From assembly GCF_009914755.1 (NCBI RefSeq), contig NC_060944.1: a stretch of 64,000 nt of DNA; one strand, given 5' to 3'. Position numbers and translations under genes: made by a program. Under the pieces are notes generated by a model, which had not been told where the DNA came from, made no database searches, and worked only from the letters and a program-made list of their open reading frames with translations. The stretch is from the human T2T-CHM13v2.0 reference genome, Homo sapiens. Positions 18,816 through 51,180 of the stretch are shown piece after piece; the stretch's first letter is position 1; every line of letters starts with the position of its first letter.

Positions 18816-19312
18816 TGTTACGAGGTAAAAAGTCTTGACTCTGAGTTGTCCAGGCTCATGGGGCATTGAACAAAGAATGAACAAAACACTCAGCCAAAGC
18901 AACAAAAGAGCAAAGCAATGAAAGAAGCAACAAAAGCACAGATTTGTTGTGCACAAACAAAGCAAAAAAAGAATGAAGCAATGAAAGCACAGATTTATTG
19001 AAGCAAAGTACACTCCACAGAGTGGAAGCCGGCTTATGTAAAGGGCTCAAGAGCGCTGATTACAATGTTCTTTAGGGTTTTAAGCTATTAATAATTTAGC
19101 AACACCCCTAGGTGCCCTTTAGAGGCCTCCAATTGGTTACACCCTATGAAGGACTTACCCAGGATGAAACAAAAGGCTGAAGTGGAAACTTCTGTTTTGT
19201 TATAACAGGAGTGAGGATGTGGCCTATATGCTGTCTAGAGCTGGCTGCACCTGCTGTTCTTTTGCTTATGCCTTAACCGTTGTTTACCCTAATTCCCTAT
19301 TCTCCTCTCTCA
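18816..19312 (-). mobile_element. Solo ERV1-class LTR, specific to copy C
   Basis: TG...CA ends and a 4-bp TSD AAAC/AAAT. The empty site ACAAATGATTTCAGAGG is in copy D (~31695). Confidence 0.9.
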
Positions 19313-22300
19313 AAATGATTTCAGAGGCACTGTAAGGGAACAAAATGGCCTTGCAGAGTGGGCGTCCGAGTGTACCTTTGAAGAGTAATTCCTGGGAATT
19401 CCCAAGGTGGGCACCAGTGATGGAGGCAAAGCTCTCCAGGCAGCAGAAGACCATAAGTCTTAGGTGTCAGTGCCACCCACTTAGGGTGTCAGTGCCACCT
19501 CCTCTCAATGCCATTGGTACCAATGATGGTGCCATTGTTGAAGGCTGTTTGTACTCCACCTGGGAGTTTATGCTCGGCCAGGAAGCTTCACCGGTGTAAA
19601 CTGTGGCAGGAGACAGGGACTTAATTCTGAGGCCTCTCTCCCAACCTGGTAAAACTTCTCCACTAGAATTTGCAAACAAGAAAAAAATGTGGTATTTGCA
19701 GTGCCCTCATAAACAGGATCTCAAAGATTCTCCCCTCCTCATCCATCAGATGCCCCAGGCTGGAGGGTGGCCCCAGAAGAACACTTTCTAGCCCCTGCCT
19801 CCCTCCCCCCATCCACCCCCATCTATTCAGCATCCCTCAGAAAACATCCCAAGTTTGTAGCAGAAAACAGAAGTGTAAATCAGAAAAGGTAACATTCACA
19901 CTTCACACCTTCATGTAGAAGCCCAGCAAGCTCTTGAACCCAGAGCCGGGATGCCTTCCAGAGCCGGCTGCTGCCAAGACCCTGACAGAAGGCAGTAGAG
20001 GGAGGGGGCCTGCTCAGAAGCTCAAGCATCTGATCCTCCATTACAAAACACCTGCTAGTGCTGCATAGCTGGGATTTCCATGACGACTGAAGACAAGACT
20101 GCCACCTTGTCTACTCCTGCCATGGCCACAGTGGTCTTCAATGTAATGTTGCCATCCAAGTGGTAGCCCAGATGTGCTGGATGTGACTAGCAGGAACGTG
20201 TGCAAAACATAGCCCTTAGCAGGGCCCAGCCTTACTAAGAGGTCATGTATGCTCTGGGCAAGGCCAGGCTGGCTCTATGGTCTGCAACTGTCAGCCTCAC
20301 TACAGGGGCAGCAGGAACTGAGAGAAGAAGGGTTGAAGTCTCTGTTCCTCAGCTCCTCTGAGAAGCAGACGCCAAGAGCAGATTAAACTGCAAGGGTTTT
20401 AGGAAGGAACATAACATTGTGAAAATTATGAAGGACTGGGTGAGCCATCAGACCTTAAAGCAAGTATCAGCCCTAGTGGGAAACAGAGGGGAAGAGGATG
20501 GGCGGGACTGCACAGAACTGTATTCTAAGGAAAATCCATGGTGCCTTTAGGGAGTCTTTGAAACAGCCAGCAAATAAGTTCTGGGCGTGCCAGCAGCAAG
20601 TTGGCCTTAGCACCCCCACCACACTCGGTCATCAGAGGAGAGCTGCCACGGGATGCCCATACCAGGTGGACACCTGGAGGGAGCAGCCCCGCCTGGAGGA
20701 GGTCAGGCACACAGAGTCCTAGGCACTGAGGTTGGGCACCACGGATGGAAGTGCAGCTGAGAGAACCCTGAGGTTCCTGGGCTCCCTGGGGCCCAAGCCA
20801 GGACGAGCAGGTGAACACACACAGAAGGAACTAAAAGACCTCCTTGCTGGTGGGGTTGTCCTAGAAGGGGGCAGGCGGGTGGGACCCAGAACCTCCTGCA
20901 AGAAACCAGAATACCATCTGTGGGGCTCAGAGATTGGTTGGTTTTAAGAAAGAGGCTCCTTTCTACTTATTTTAAAAATCAAAATTATACATTCACAGGT
21001 AACAAATGGTCAAATAACACCTAAGAGGCTTTACTTCAGAAAACAGCAACTGTCCCCCTTCTTTGCCATTTGCTCTCTTTGATCTGAGTCACAAGGACCT
21101 TCTCCAGTGCTATCTCCCTCTCCCAGAGTGATGGCCACCCACTCTGTTACCTGAGCTTTGTATGATTGCTTCATTGGCAATTTTTTGCAACAATTTGGTA
21201 GTAATTTGACAGTTAACCTGTTCTTCCAGGTGTATGGCATCTCATAACAGAGTAAATTAGATTCTCATATGTTTCCAATTTTCTTAAGAATCAATATTCC
21301 TTATGTTAAAGCCCTGATAAAATACATGTTTGAGTTCCTTGGGAGTGTCCCTGCCACGGTGTTTGGGCCGTGATTCAAACAGAGAGATCCCACATTTATG
21401 CAGGGGTCTGCCCTGTTCTCACCTGAACTTCTAGCACCATTCTCTCCTCTGGCGACCCCTAGCTCTGCTTGATGGGGGCATATGAACATCAGGAGTCTCC
21501 AAATCATGCTTATATTCTTCGAACATAAACTTGGACCCAAATCCACCCCCATTCCCCTTGGCATTGCTGCCAAGCTCCCAACACTTGAAGGCCCTGAACT
21601 CCTTGCTGAACAGCCCTAGTCTGACTTCAATCCACTCTCTACTCCCAGAGTCTGGCCCCCTCCCCTCAGGCCTCAATTTTCTCCTGATTCTATTGATCAC
21701 ATCTGGACATTTGGCACAGAATAGGATGAGAGGGGACATGGCAGTAATGGGAGAGATGGCAGGTGAGGTTTCTTTACCATCACCATGGACGCCTCAGGCC
21801 ATGTGCACTGGGTGGGGCTTTGGAGGTGAGGAGGTCAGAGAGTTCTTCTTAGGCCCTGGGTTCATCTCAGCTCACTGGAACCCTCAGACATTAGGAATCC
21901 CTGGGAGGTAGCGGTGTCATTGAGCCCCATTTCAAGGGCTTACCACACTCCCAGCTCTGTGTGATATTGACAAGTTCACCCTCTCTGAGCTCCAATTTTT
22001 GTTTTTACTCTTTAAAGTGTGGGACATTTCTTTATTCCCGAGTGAACAGCAGAAAATGAGATGGAGTGAGAGCCGAAAGAAGGCAAGGAATATTCCTGAG
22101 ATTGTTCTCAAGGAGATGGGGATGTCCGTGGATGAATCACAAAGGGAGGAAATGGGTGCAAAGGTCTCACTGAGATCCAATGACAGCAGAAGCTGCCAGT
22201 CTAAGATCTGGACCAGATTTGAAGTTTTAGGGGAGCCTATATGACAGCATTTTGTTTCTACTGGCATAACTTCATACATGAACAATGTCATAGCACTCAA

Positions 22301-24464
22301 AAATGGGTTTAGGAGAGGCCTAAAAATATGCCACAAAATTCAAGAAGCTAAAATATTATCAGATTATTTTTTAAAGACACAATCAATCAGAAAACTTTAG
22401 AAAACGCCAGCATGCATCATCCAAAGTAATAGATTCCAGTTCAAAAAAAGAGAGAGAAAGACAGGAATACAGCAGAAACTCAGAGGTAAGTGAGATTTGG
22501 GAAGACAGTTACTTTGTAGGATGCTGTGAGCAACCTGCACTTCAGTCCAAAAAGACAGCTGGAGTCAAAGAGAGAATGAAGCAGAAGTTGCACCCCAGGC
22601 AAATAAATATTTGGTGAGAAAAGCTTCTAATATCATCTCCAGGAAGATCTGGTCATAAAATCCTTCCAGAGAGAGGTCCTCAAACCCAAATTCACTTCTT
22701 GGGGCCAAACACTGAAATTGGCTGAACCCCTGTCTACCCCCACCATGTTTCACCTGCAAGGCTTTTCTCTCCTTTAAATGAGATGAGCTAAGAATGGAAC
22801 CCGTGTTTGAGGATGGTACTTCATCTTCACTTGACCATAACTTGCTTACACCTTTAGGGTAAATGTAATACTTTCAATACTTTTGCTCTCTATAATTAAA
22901 AACCAAAGCAAAACCCCACACCAATAACTTCATCAAGAGATTCTCACTTGGGCATTGGACCCATTGGCCACATCAAACTCTGATCTGTATACTCTGGGGG
23001 GATTAGAATATGCCCAGTTGGTAGAGCACCTGACCAGCTGGGAAAGCACTTGCCCTTCACCTCATTCCACCCTCAAAACAGAGGGTCCAGGAGGACAAGG
23101 ACTGCCAAGGTGCTAAGAAGTTCTGTCACCCAATGTTGCTCCGGGCAGCAAATTGTAAGGAGGAGTAGCACTCACCAAGAGACCTAGGGCCTGCCTTGGA
23201 TCCCTGCACATAGAACTTAATGGCAGCCCTCAGTGTACTAGTGAAGACATTTATCTTATTAAGGAGAGAAAAGAGGCACAAAGAAGCTGGTCGAACTTGC
23301 CCAAGATCACACAGCCAGCCCAAGGCCCAGCTTGCTTTGAGCTCAGGCACCCAACTCCACATCGTCTGATACATTCTGGTTCCTCTGACTTCTTCCCATC
23401 TGAAGCTCCCTGCTCTGCGTTCAGATGCCCCCTCTGACTCGCTGCTCAGGAACATAGGCTTCCACAGACAGAGGTAAGGATATGAACCAGCCAGGCTGGC
23501 AAGGACTGAATCCAAATCCCAGGTTTCTCTCCAAGTCCAGGCCTTTCCTGGCAGATATGAGCAGCAAGACCAGGGTAGCCACAGAGGCGAGCTCGGCTGG
23601 GTGGAAACTCCCTGAATAGCCAAGTGTGCATGGGATTCTTCCAGGGGACAGCCTGGTCCTGTCCTGTTCCGGGTAGGAGGCACTGGGCATCTGGGCACTC
23701 AAAACCTACCACTGTAAAGAAGACTGAACCAGTAAGGCCACACGCCGGGCACGGGGCCCCATTTTCAGAGGATGGAGCCAGGCCTGTCGGGGCTGCTCAT
23801 GTGTCCACCTCCTTCAGGCTCCCTCATTATCCAAACGGCATTTCCACACATGGGAATTTGCAAAAGGAGAGAGTGAAAGGCCCAGGGCATTTCTGTGGTC
23901 TGTACTAACCCTCAAAGATACTCTTGGTCTGTGTGATCCTCATTTTCAAATTAGAGGCTAAAGATGGACAAGGCCGGTAGCAGAGTGTGCAGGTCGCCTG
24001 GCCAGCCCTGCATTTACTCCTCTCTCCAGGCAGAGTGGCCAGTGCCACTTGCCCACGCAGCAGTCACGTGAGGTCCATCCTCTGGGAAGGTCCTCCCTGA
24101 TGGCCCCTCTGCGATTCTGACCACAGGATGCCCGCAGCACAGCAGAGTCCCAGGTGGAGCAGAATCGGCCATGAGAATAAGCTTGGTTCCGAGGACTTTC
24201 TGCTGTTATGTCTGTAATTACTAAACTTTTTTCATATAATTGCATTTTTCAAACATATAAGGATGACAAAAAAATAATATAACAGGTAAACAGAAGTGCC
24301 ATTTTGCTTCCACGGCTCCGGCCTCCTAAGGGGCAGGAAAGCAGGTGACCTTATTCCTGGTATTAAAATGGCATGGCTGGAGTTCAGGTGGGCTGATGGG
24401 AAGCTGTGCATCCTATAGCACCCTGGAATGGCTGAAATTAAGTATTTTATATGGCAAAATTGAC

Positions 24465-24761
24465 TCATGGAGCAGAAATAGCCTGCTCATATGGACATGG
24501 AAGCAAGATGTCCTTCAGGCCCCTAAACCTCTTCTGAGCCTCTTCGCCTGCAGATAGCTGGGCAGGCGTGTCTGACCATCCCATGTGGCCAGGGTCCATC
24601 TTCAGCAGTTGTGGATTGAGGCCTTTGTCCTTGTCTGTGCTGATTTGAGAGGTACTGGAGAAAGGCTGTGGTGTCTTGGTCTTCGTCTCCAGTGTTAGCC
24701 ACTGCAATGGCAGGGGGAGGAGGTGGTGGGCTGAGAGCATGGACAGTGCAAAGGCAGTCAT
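24465..24761 (-). other. 98-codon ORF at the start of the putative second exon; coding status unsupported
   Basis: GCCATGA context 9 nt after the acceptor; no recognisable domain. Confidence 0.2.
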
Positions 24762-25788
24762 GGCTGATTGCTAGAGAGAAAGATGAAGGAGACATTAACT
24801 CTTCTCCTGAAGCACAAATCAGAACAGATATTTTTCACGTGTTGAGCATGTATGTGCCCCACCTGGGTACTGGGCAGCATTTCTGATTGAACACTGCCGC
24901 AGTGCTTGATGCAGGTTTACGTGAGCCCCAGTTTCACGAGGGGGTCCCCTCTCCTCCCTCCCTTGGATGTCTCATGTCTCCATCTGCACTCTTAGTGGCC
25001 TGGTCTTTCTCTGAGACAATTCCAGGCTGGTTCCCCTGCTTTGCTATCCCCCACAACCTCTCCCACACCATTGCCCAGCTCCCAAGAGCTCACTGTGGCT
25101 GAGGAAAGGGGGTGCCTTGACACGGAGTTCCCTTCACATGAGGGTCCCCAGACATTCCTCCTGGAAGTGCTCCACCAGGACCCCTGCCACATGTGCCTCT
25201 TGGTGCAGGGAGGAGAGGAGAGCAGGTTGTGTCTGATGTGGGTGTGTCTGTGTGCAATGGCTGCTTGTATCCTTGTGTGTTGTGTACCTGCTCAGCAAAC
25301 TGAGTCCTGTGGCCAAGAATGATCCTGGGCAAAACTGAGCACATTTAACCCAAGTTTGATTTCAACTCAACACTTTCCCACTGTGCCTCCTTCTCATCCC
25401 AAATGTGCCAAATACTTCTAATCTTAGTATTCATTCTTTGCTTTGTCTGTCAGGTCCTGTTCTCTACGAGTGAATATCCTAATGACCATAATAAAGCCAG
25501 TTCCCTTTTTGGGGACTGACATTTGTTGAGAACTCCCCCTATGAATGCTGTCTTGCTGCAAAACTTCACCTCTGGATAAAGTGGCTGTGCTCCTTCTGGA
25601 TGTCTGCATCAGGGCTGCTGAGGCACAGCTGAGAATGCACCACACAGCTGACTACGCTGCTGAGCAAATCTCATTACTAAATGCACATCCCTTTCAAGGA
25701 TGCCAGGCGTTAGGGCTGCATTGCAACTTTGATGGACACTGGGGATTAATGCCTGTGTGTCCTTGTTCCATTAAAAAGTTTGAAGTTT

Positions 25789-26090
<302 letters not shown>

Positions 26091-27039
26091 TTATTTTATG
26101 AGTTACTGGTATAATGATAAATATATTAATATCATATAGTTCAATTTTTTTTTCTTCTGACTGAAATTGACACTCTTTGGTGGGCCTGTAAGTTTCCTGG
26201 CCCTGGTCACTGTGCCCACCCTGCCCATGGCTAAGGGGTCCTAGCAGCAAGCATGTATGTGGCTGGCCCCTACACCCTCCCACTCTGCCAGAGATTTTTT
26301 CCAAAAGGAATCTCCCTGCACGGAGGGCGGAGCTCGAGATCTCCATGTCGCGGGGTGGCTCCGAGGTCACCACTGCCCAGCATGTCTCTGGCTGCTGACA
26401 GGACTCTGTGCTTTCTTAACTCCTTGATGGAGTTCCTGGAGTTGGAGGGAAGCGCTTCCCACCAGAAACCCACTTGTGTCGGTTTTTCTTCCATTTGAAA
26501 CAAATGATCAAAGTGATAGCGTTTTCTATGTTACGTGTCTGTCTCTGGTCACTTAAAAACAAAACAGAGCAGGGTGTCCCCTGACAGCCCAGGAGAAGAA
26601 CAGGAAGGCAGCCCTGGGGTTACCTGTCAAGGTTCAGATCATGACCTCCGCAACGGCCACGGCTGGGTGACATCGTCACTCCCCAGGGGACAGGCGATCC
26701 CCTCCTCACCCCACAGCTCAGACCCCAGGATCGGCCCCAATCCCTGTGTCCTGAGCTCCTCCTACTTCCCCTTTCCATCCCAGCCAGCTCCGAAGGAGGC
26801 CGGCCCTGTGAGACAGGGAGGGGTCCAGCCTGGGACCCGGCCTGAGCCGGGAGGGAGGGCTTGTCTTGCTCCGGCCCCTGTGATGAGTCCCCTCTTACCC
26901 GGCAGGTGGTGACTCCCCATCCGCGGAGGCTCCCCCGCTGACCCCAAGTCCCCACCGCTCTGTCCTTCTCCAAGGCCCGGTGCAGGAGCACCCTTTGTCC
27001 CTGGGTGGCCTGACCCTGCTGACCACGGGTCACCTCCCT

Positions 27040-27310
27040 GACCACGAATACTCTGCCAACTGCCTCCTGAGTGACCGAGACAGCTCAGTCTAAAGTCTCG
27101 ACTACCCGGGGTGACCCAATAGTCCCGACTCCCCGAGACAGGGACCCGGAGACGTGGGCTTTGTCAGTTTAACAGATTCTGCCTCCGGGAACCAACTGCC
27201 GGGAGATTCTGATTGGCTCAGCCGCGTGCCCACGTGACCGACCAAAACCGGCCACCAGGGTCTCCCAACTGCCTGTCAAACGCACAGCCCTATTGGGCCC
27301 CCGGAGAGGA
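27040..27310. promoter_or_regulatory. CpG-rich promoter core with 3 MYB/A-MYB sites, NF-Y CCAAT box(es) and a USF-type E-box
   Basis: CCAACTGCC at 27056, 27192 and 27265; CTGATTGGCT at 27209-27218; CACGTGAC at 27231; second ATTGG at 27292. CpG-enriched over ~26300-27350. Confidence 0.75.
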
Positions 27311-27394
27311 AGAGCCGAGAAGGAGGCCAGGCCGGGGGTCAGGTGGCTTCCTCTATGGGCCCTTTAATCCACCTCACTTTTTTATCTTCTTTTT

Positions 27395-30245
<2,851 letters not shown>

Positions 30246-30259
30246 AAAAAATTTTTATG

Positions 30260-36660
<6,401 letters not shown>

Positions 36661-36942
36661 GTATTGATTCTCCAGACCTGAGACAAGGCAGGAGGAAATC
36701 TGGGCATAGAGATATAGTTCTCTAGGCCCTATGCTGCCTCTGATCCCTTTCTTCCCAAAATCCTACAAATAGGACTCTAGTATTGAGTATACCCAGGGCC
36801 ACCAGGGGACTGTGAGGCCTAGGGAGCCAGGGTAGAGCTGGCTGCTTCAAAAGACGAGAAGTCGTGGGGATAAGGAAAGTGGAAGGACAACGCCTCAGTG
36901 TAAAGTCCAAAATCATGTACAAGCCCCGTTCCATGATGTTAA

Positions 36943-41634
<4,692 letters not shown>

Positions 41635-41699
41635 AGAAAACCTCTTATGTCTTAAAGTTATAAGACAGGATAGAATTGGATTGGTATACACTATACCAC

Positions 41700-41822
41700 A
41701 TAAGCATCTGAGACCTGGGCCAGGTTTCACTGAAGCTTTAGGGGAGCCTTTTATGGTAGCATTTTTAAATTTTGGCACATTCCATAAATAGAAAATACCA
41801 AGTAGCTCAAAAATGGGTTTAA
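41700..41822 (-). repeat. Diverged fragment of the duplicon
   Basis: TGAAG.TTTAGGGGAGCC...CTCAAAAATGGGTTTA matches 22205-22312. Confidence 0.75.
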
Positions 41823-42135
41823 CAGGCAGGCACAGTGGCTCATGCCTGTAATCCCAGCACTTTGGGAGGCCAAGGCAAGAAGATCACCTGAGGTCAGGAG
41901 TTTAAGACCAGCCTTACCAACATGGAGAAACCACATCTCTACTAAAAATACAAAAATTAACCAGGCATGGTGCCACATGCCTATAATTCCAGCTACTTGG
42001 GAGGCTGAAGCAGGAGAATTGCTTGAACCCAGGAAGCAGAGGTTTCAGTGAGCCAAGATCACGCCATTGCACTCCAGACTGGGTAACAAGAGTGAAACTC
42101 CATCTCAAATACATAAGTAAATAAATAAATAAATA
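41823..42135 (+). mobile_element. AluS
   Basis: Full Alu with (TAAA)n tail. Confidence 0.95.
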
Positions 42136-42139
42136 AAAG

Positions 42140-44697
42140 GTGATTTTACAATCAGCTATAGGACTCCAACACATGCTCTTAAATGCAGGTTTCCAATAAC
42201 TTTGGAGATTGTGACATTAGAATAGAAGAAAAAAACTTTCAGGACTCTCATGGAGAGCTAAATGTTCATGAATATGAAGCAGAACAGGAGTTAACTACAT
42301 GAACTGAACTAATGGAAGACTAAAATAATCCTTTTATGACTTTTTGCTTAAAGAATTACTAACCCTTTGTTTTGTTTTTTGAAGCCAAGACAACTTTTCT
42401 GAGCTATTTACAGCTTTTAAAAATTGAGTAAAGAATACTCCTGTAAACAAAATTTGGAGTATATTTCTCTCTACTGGATTTCTCCAAAATGTGGAAACTA
42501 TTTGTATTCTTAATTTATAGCAATATAGTTATCTGCATAAGTGCAATGTGAATCTGTTTTCTTTTTTAACAGGACACAATTGGAGACACTGGTTATTTTA
42601 CCAAGGCTTTGACTGGAATGGTTTTCTTTGAGATACAAACAGACTCCTTTAAGGAATCAAAGTTGACTTATAGAGCCAATAAAAACCCCTTGAGAAAACT
42701 GGCCTCATACCTAGTCTATACAGTTCCTGTACAGGGTTCCTAACCTGTGATAAGTAAAGAATATCAGTTCCTAGCAGGCCCGGAAGGCCCAAGTTATATT
42801 AGGACCTCAGGAGGAGAGAAATTTACTCAACTCATACAGGTATGTGATGGCAAAAAACCATGGCTGGGCTCAAGGCTTTAAAGTCTTATCTGAGGTTCCT
42901 CATGGAATAATGTTTCATCAAAGCCAATATAAAAAGGAGCCTATATGGCAAACAGTTATTCTTGCTGTGCTTTATGCAAATAATCAGTATAAAAAGACTA
43001 AAGCTTATTTTGCAAACAAATCAGTCCTATCGTGGTCTGTTTTTAATAAAAATGAGGACTGGAGAGAGGAAAATTATGTTTTAAGAACTATGGGGCCGGG
43101 TGCAGTGGCTCACGTCTGTTATCCTAGCACTTTGGGAGGCTGAGGCAGGCAGATAACCTGAGGTTGGGAGTTGGAGACCAGCCTGACCAACACGGAGAAA
43201 CCCCATCTCTACTAAAAATGCAAAAAATTAGCCAGGCATGGTGGCACGTGCCTGTAATCCCGGCTACTTGGGAGGCTGAGACAGGAGAATCACTTGAACC
43301 TGGGGGAGCAGAGTTTGCAGTGAGCTGAGATCACGCCATTGCACTCCAGCCTGGGCAACAAGAGTGAAACTCCATCTCAAAACAAAACAAAACAAAAAAC
43401 TATGACTATGGTACACCTGTTATTAGATTCTAGTCTCATCAATTGTTTTTGAGGGTTTTTTTCTGCAATTTAGACTGATCCTGCTTACTTCTGTGAACCA
43501 ACCAGTGATCTCTGGCTACAGCTCAGATGAAATAAGAGGCATGGGTAATGTAAAAATCTGGATCAATATTCTAATTCCGGGCACATATTGGAATCAGCTA
43601 GCAACCCCAGGCACCCAAGTCTTACCAGGTATGACAATAGCCATGAGCTACCTGGGCATGTTGGCAGCCTCAGGATTTTTTGAAGCTGTCCTCACCGACT
43701 TATTTCATTTGGACATCTCTACTTGTCTTAAAACCCAAGGAGCCATCTATATTTGTGGCCAATCAGTTCACCAATGCCTCCCCACTAACTGGAATGAAAC
43801 TTGTACCATAGGCTATGTATCCCCAGACGCCTTCATAGTCCCTGGCAATCTCTCTCTTCCAGCACCAATCTACAGGCATCCTATCTTGCCCAAGGTGAAG
43901 AGGGCTATCCAATTAATTCTGCTTCTTGTGGAACATGGCATTATACCCTGTATGGAAATCAGAATTGCTGGAATCACAAAAGTCTCCTTGATCTATAGCC
44001 AACTCACAAAGGAAATAGCCGACAACATTGAGGCTAAAATTTTAACAACAGTGTAAGAACAAATGGACTCTTTAGCAGCTGTAGTCCTCCAAAATCTCCA
44101 AGGACTATGATATGTTAATGGAAGCACAGGGAGGAATTTGCTTAGCCTTAGATAACAAATGTTGCTTTTGGGTAAATGAATTGCCAAAAGTACAAGACAA
44201 CATCAGACAACTCCTATACTGAGCCTCTAGTTGATGGGAACAAGCATCTCAGGGTTTGTTAGATTAGGAAGCAACATGGAAATGGTTCTCTGGGTTTTTC
44301 TTTAGGTCCACTTGTTAATCTCCTACTTTTGCTCCTTTTTGGTCCATGTCTTCTAAATCTAATCACCTGATTTGTCTCCTCTCACTTTGGGGCTGCCAAG
44401 CGCCAGATGATCCTTGGTGAGGGATACCATCTCCTCAATGATCAAGAGTCACCCTTCTACAGAAGATCAGTAGACTGCCCATCAGTGGGACACGGCAGAG
44501 GTGAATTCCCTGTCTCTGCTAGATCTGGCTGGATACTGTTTTCATCAGTCTATGGAGTCACCCTGCCCTGACAGCTAGCAAGAGGCCAAAACCCACAGAA
44601 CAACCACCACCACCCCTCTGCCAGCAGGAAGCGGCTACAGAAGACTGACCTTCATCCATTTTTTCCAGAATTGGGTCTAGAATCTCGAGGGGGGAAA
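42140..44697 (+). mobile_element. ERV1 (MER50/MER4-group) internal 3' portion with decayed env; Alu at 43094-43398
   Basis: CLPTNWNETCTIGYV..., furin-like KVKR/AIQLI, ISD-like AAVVLQNLQGL with stops, and PPT GAGGGGGGAA before the LTR. Confidence 0.85.
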
Positions 44698-45401
44698 TGT
44701 TACAGTAGGTAGTTAGACAGACATGAGCAGGGAAGGAGAGGCCCCCAACACCACCAGGACTGTCAGACAACCATCAGGTGATGGTTAGGTGGTTGTTAAA
44801 CTGTCTCTCTAAAATACTAATTGGTCACAGCTGGCACAAGGGAACGGCCGTCTCCCAATAGATACAAAACACCTGAAGCTGGTGATTAGCTGCATTAGCA
44901 GTTTCCTGATAAGATCTCAGGAGTTGGGTGAATGAGCTCAAGCATGCCTACTAAGAGGCAAAATGGCAGAGTTTAACTGGTATATGACCTTCCTCTAGGA
45001 ACATTCCACTGGTAAGTGAAAAACACTTCAAGTGAGCATGCATACAACTTCAGTAAACACACTGTGCATGCAGACCCTCCCAAGTGCTGGTAGGCCACTC
45101 TGCATGGGGATATCCCACCCCAAGGGAAGAATAAGGGAAAGAGAGACACAACCCTCCAGAATCATGCCAATGTACAAAACCCCAAGTCAAAGGGCAATCT
45201 CTCAAGTTTCCTGCTTGGCCCTTTTCCAAGTGTACTTTACTTCCTTTCATCCCGCTCTAAAACTTTTTAATAGACTTTCACTCCTGCTCTAAAACTTGCC
45301 TTGGTTGCTCACTCTGCCTTCTGCCACTCAGATGAATTCCTTCCATCAAGGAGGCAGGAATTTAGTTGCTGCAGATCCATATGGATTCACCGCTGGTAAC
45401 A
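44698..45401 (+). mobile_element. MER50-like 3' LTR
   Basis: Begins TGTTACAGTAGGTAGTTAGACAGACATGAGCAGGG and ends GCTGGTAACA. Confidence 0.85.
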
Positions 45402-46081
45402 GCATCATGAAAGATAGTCATTTTGATGGAGGAGGAAGGAGAGATGTATTCCTATCAATAGCCCTACAGTTACCAGTCACTGAGTAAAAAGTGAAGAGTT
45501 AATATTAATGCAAGAATCCAAAGTATTTGCAAGGAAGTAGAATAGGAGGAACGTGTTTTCACTGGGATGGGGGTGGCGGGCAAATGTCCAAATTAGTATG
45601 GCCACTTTGGAAAACAGTTTGGCCTTATCCAATAAAGTTGAACATGCAACTCTTGCCCTGCAATTCCACTACTACATAGCACTTTGCGCATGTGTCCTGG
45701 AAGACAGGTAAATATTGATCAAGGCAGCAAAACTGAAAGCAATCCAAATGTACATTAACAGAAGAATGGAGAAATGATATGCGCTACAGCCACTACAGTG
45801 GAATACTGCACAGGCTCCATGCTCCAACATGCAGAAAAGTCACAAACAAGGTGTGGAGATCCAGAAGAACAGTAGGGCATAAAAAGCTTGCAAAACTATT
45901 CCATGTAATCTGTGCAAATACAAAGAATTGAAGCAGACTACAAAGAAAGGCAATTGATTGAAAAACATAAAATTCTGGATAGTGGTTGCCAAGGTGGGTA
46001 CAGAGAGGTCTGCAAAAATAATCACAGAAGTTTGTTTCTGGAGCTGAGCAATGGCTACACTGGGATGAGTTCTGGAGTTAG

Positions 46082-49060
<2,979 letters not shown>

Positions 49061-49369
49061 CTGAGCCTCAGGTTTGTCTCTTGTGCAAACTTAGGACAGG
49101 GAATAGAATAGGCTCATGATGGACAGGCGGAGGTGAGATGGGGTGAGAGAAACGCAAGAGCCAAAAGGAGGAAAAAACTCAACGAAGGGGTTCCTCTGAG
49201 ACTGAGAGGTAGGCAAAGGCAGGTTGAGAGTCAGTTCCCGGACTCAAGTACCTGAGGGAAGGGCAGTGAAGTCATGAAGATCCCTTTGTGACACCAACAT
49301 ACCGGGAGGTAAAGCCAGAGACTGGCCAGGCAGGCTCAGAAAGGAATAAAAGGCCAGTTGCTTGGCAAC

Positions 49370-51180
<1,811 letters not shown>

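Noticed and set aside
23126-23698. 190-aa minus-strand ORF
   Set aside because: It has no recognisable domain, overlaps a MIR-like remnant and has no supporting gene structure.
43493-44056. 187-aa env-like ORF as a domesticated syncytin-type gene
   Set aside because: It is only a fragment, with a stop before the ISD and frameshifts in the TM region.
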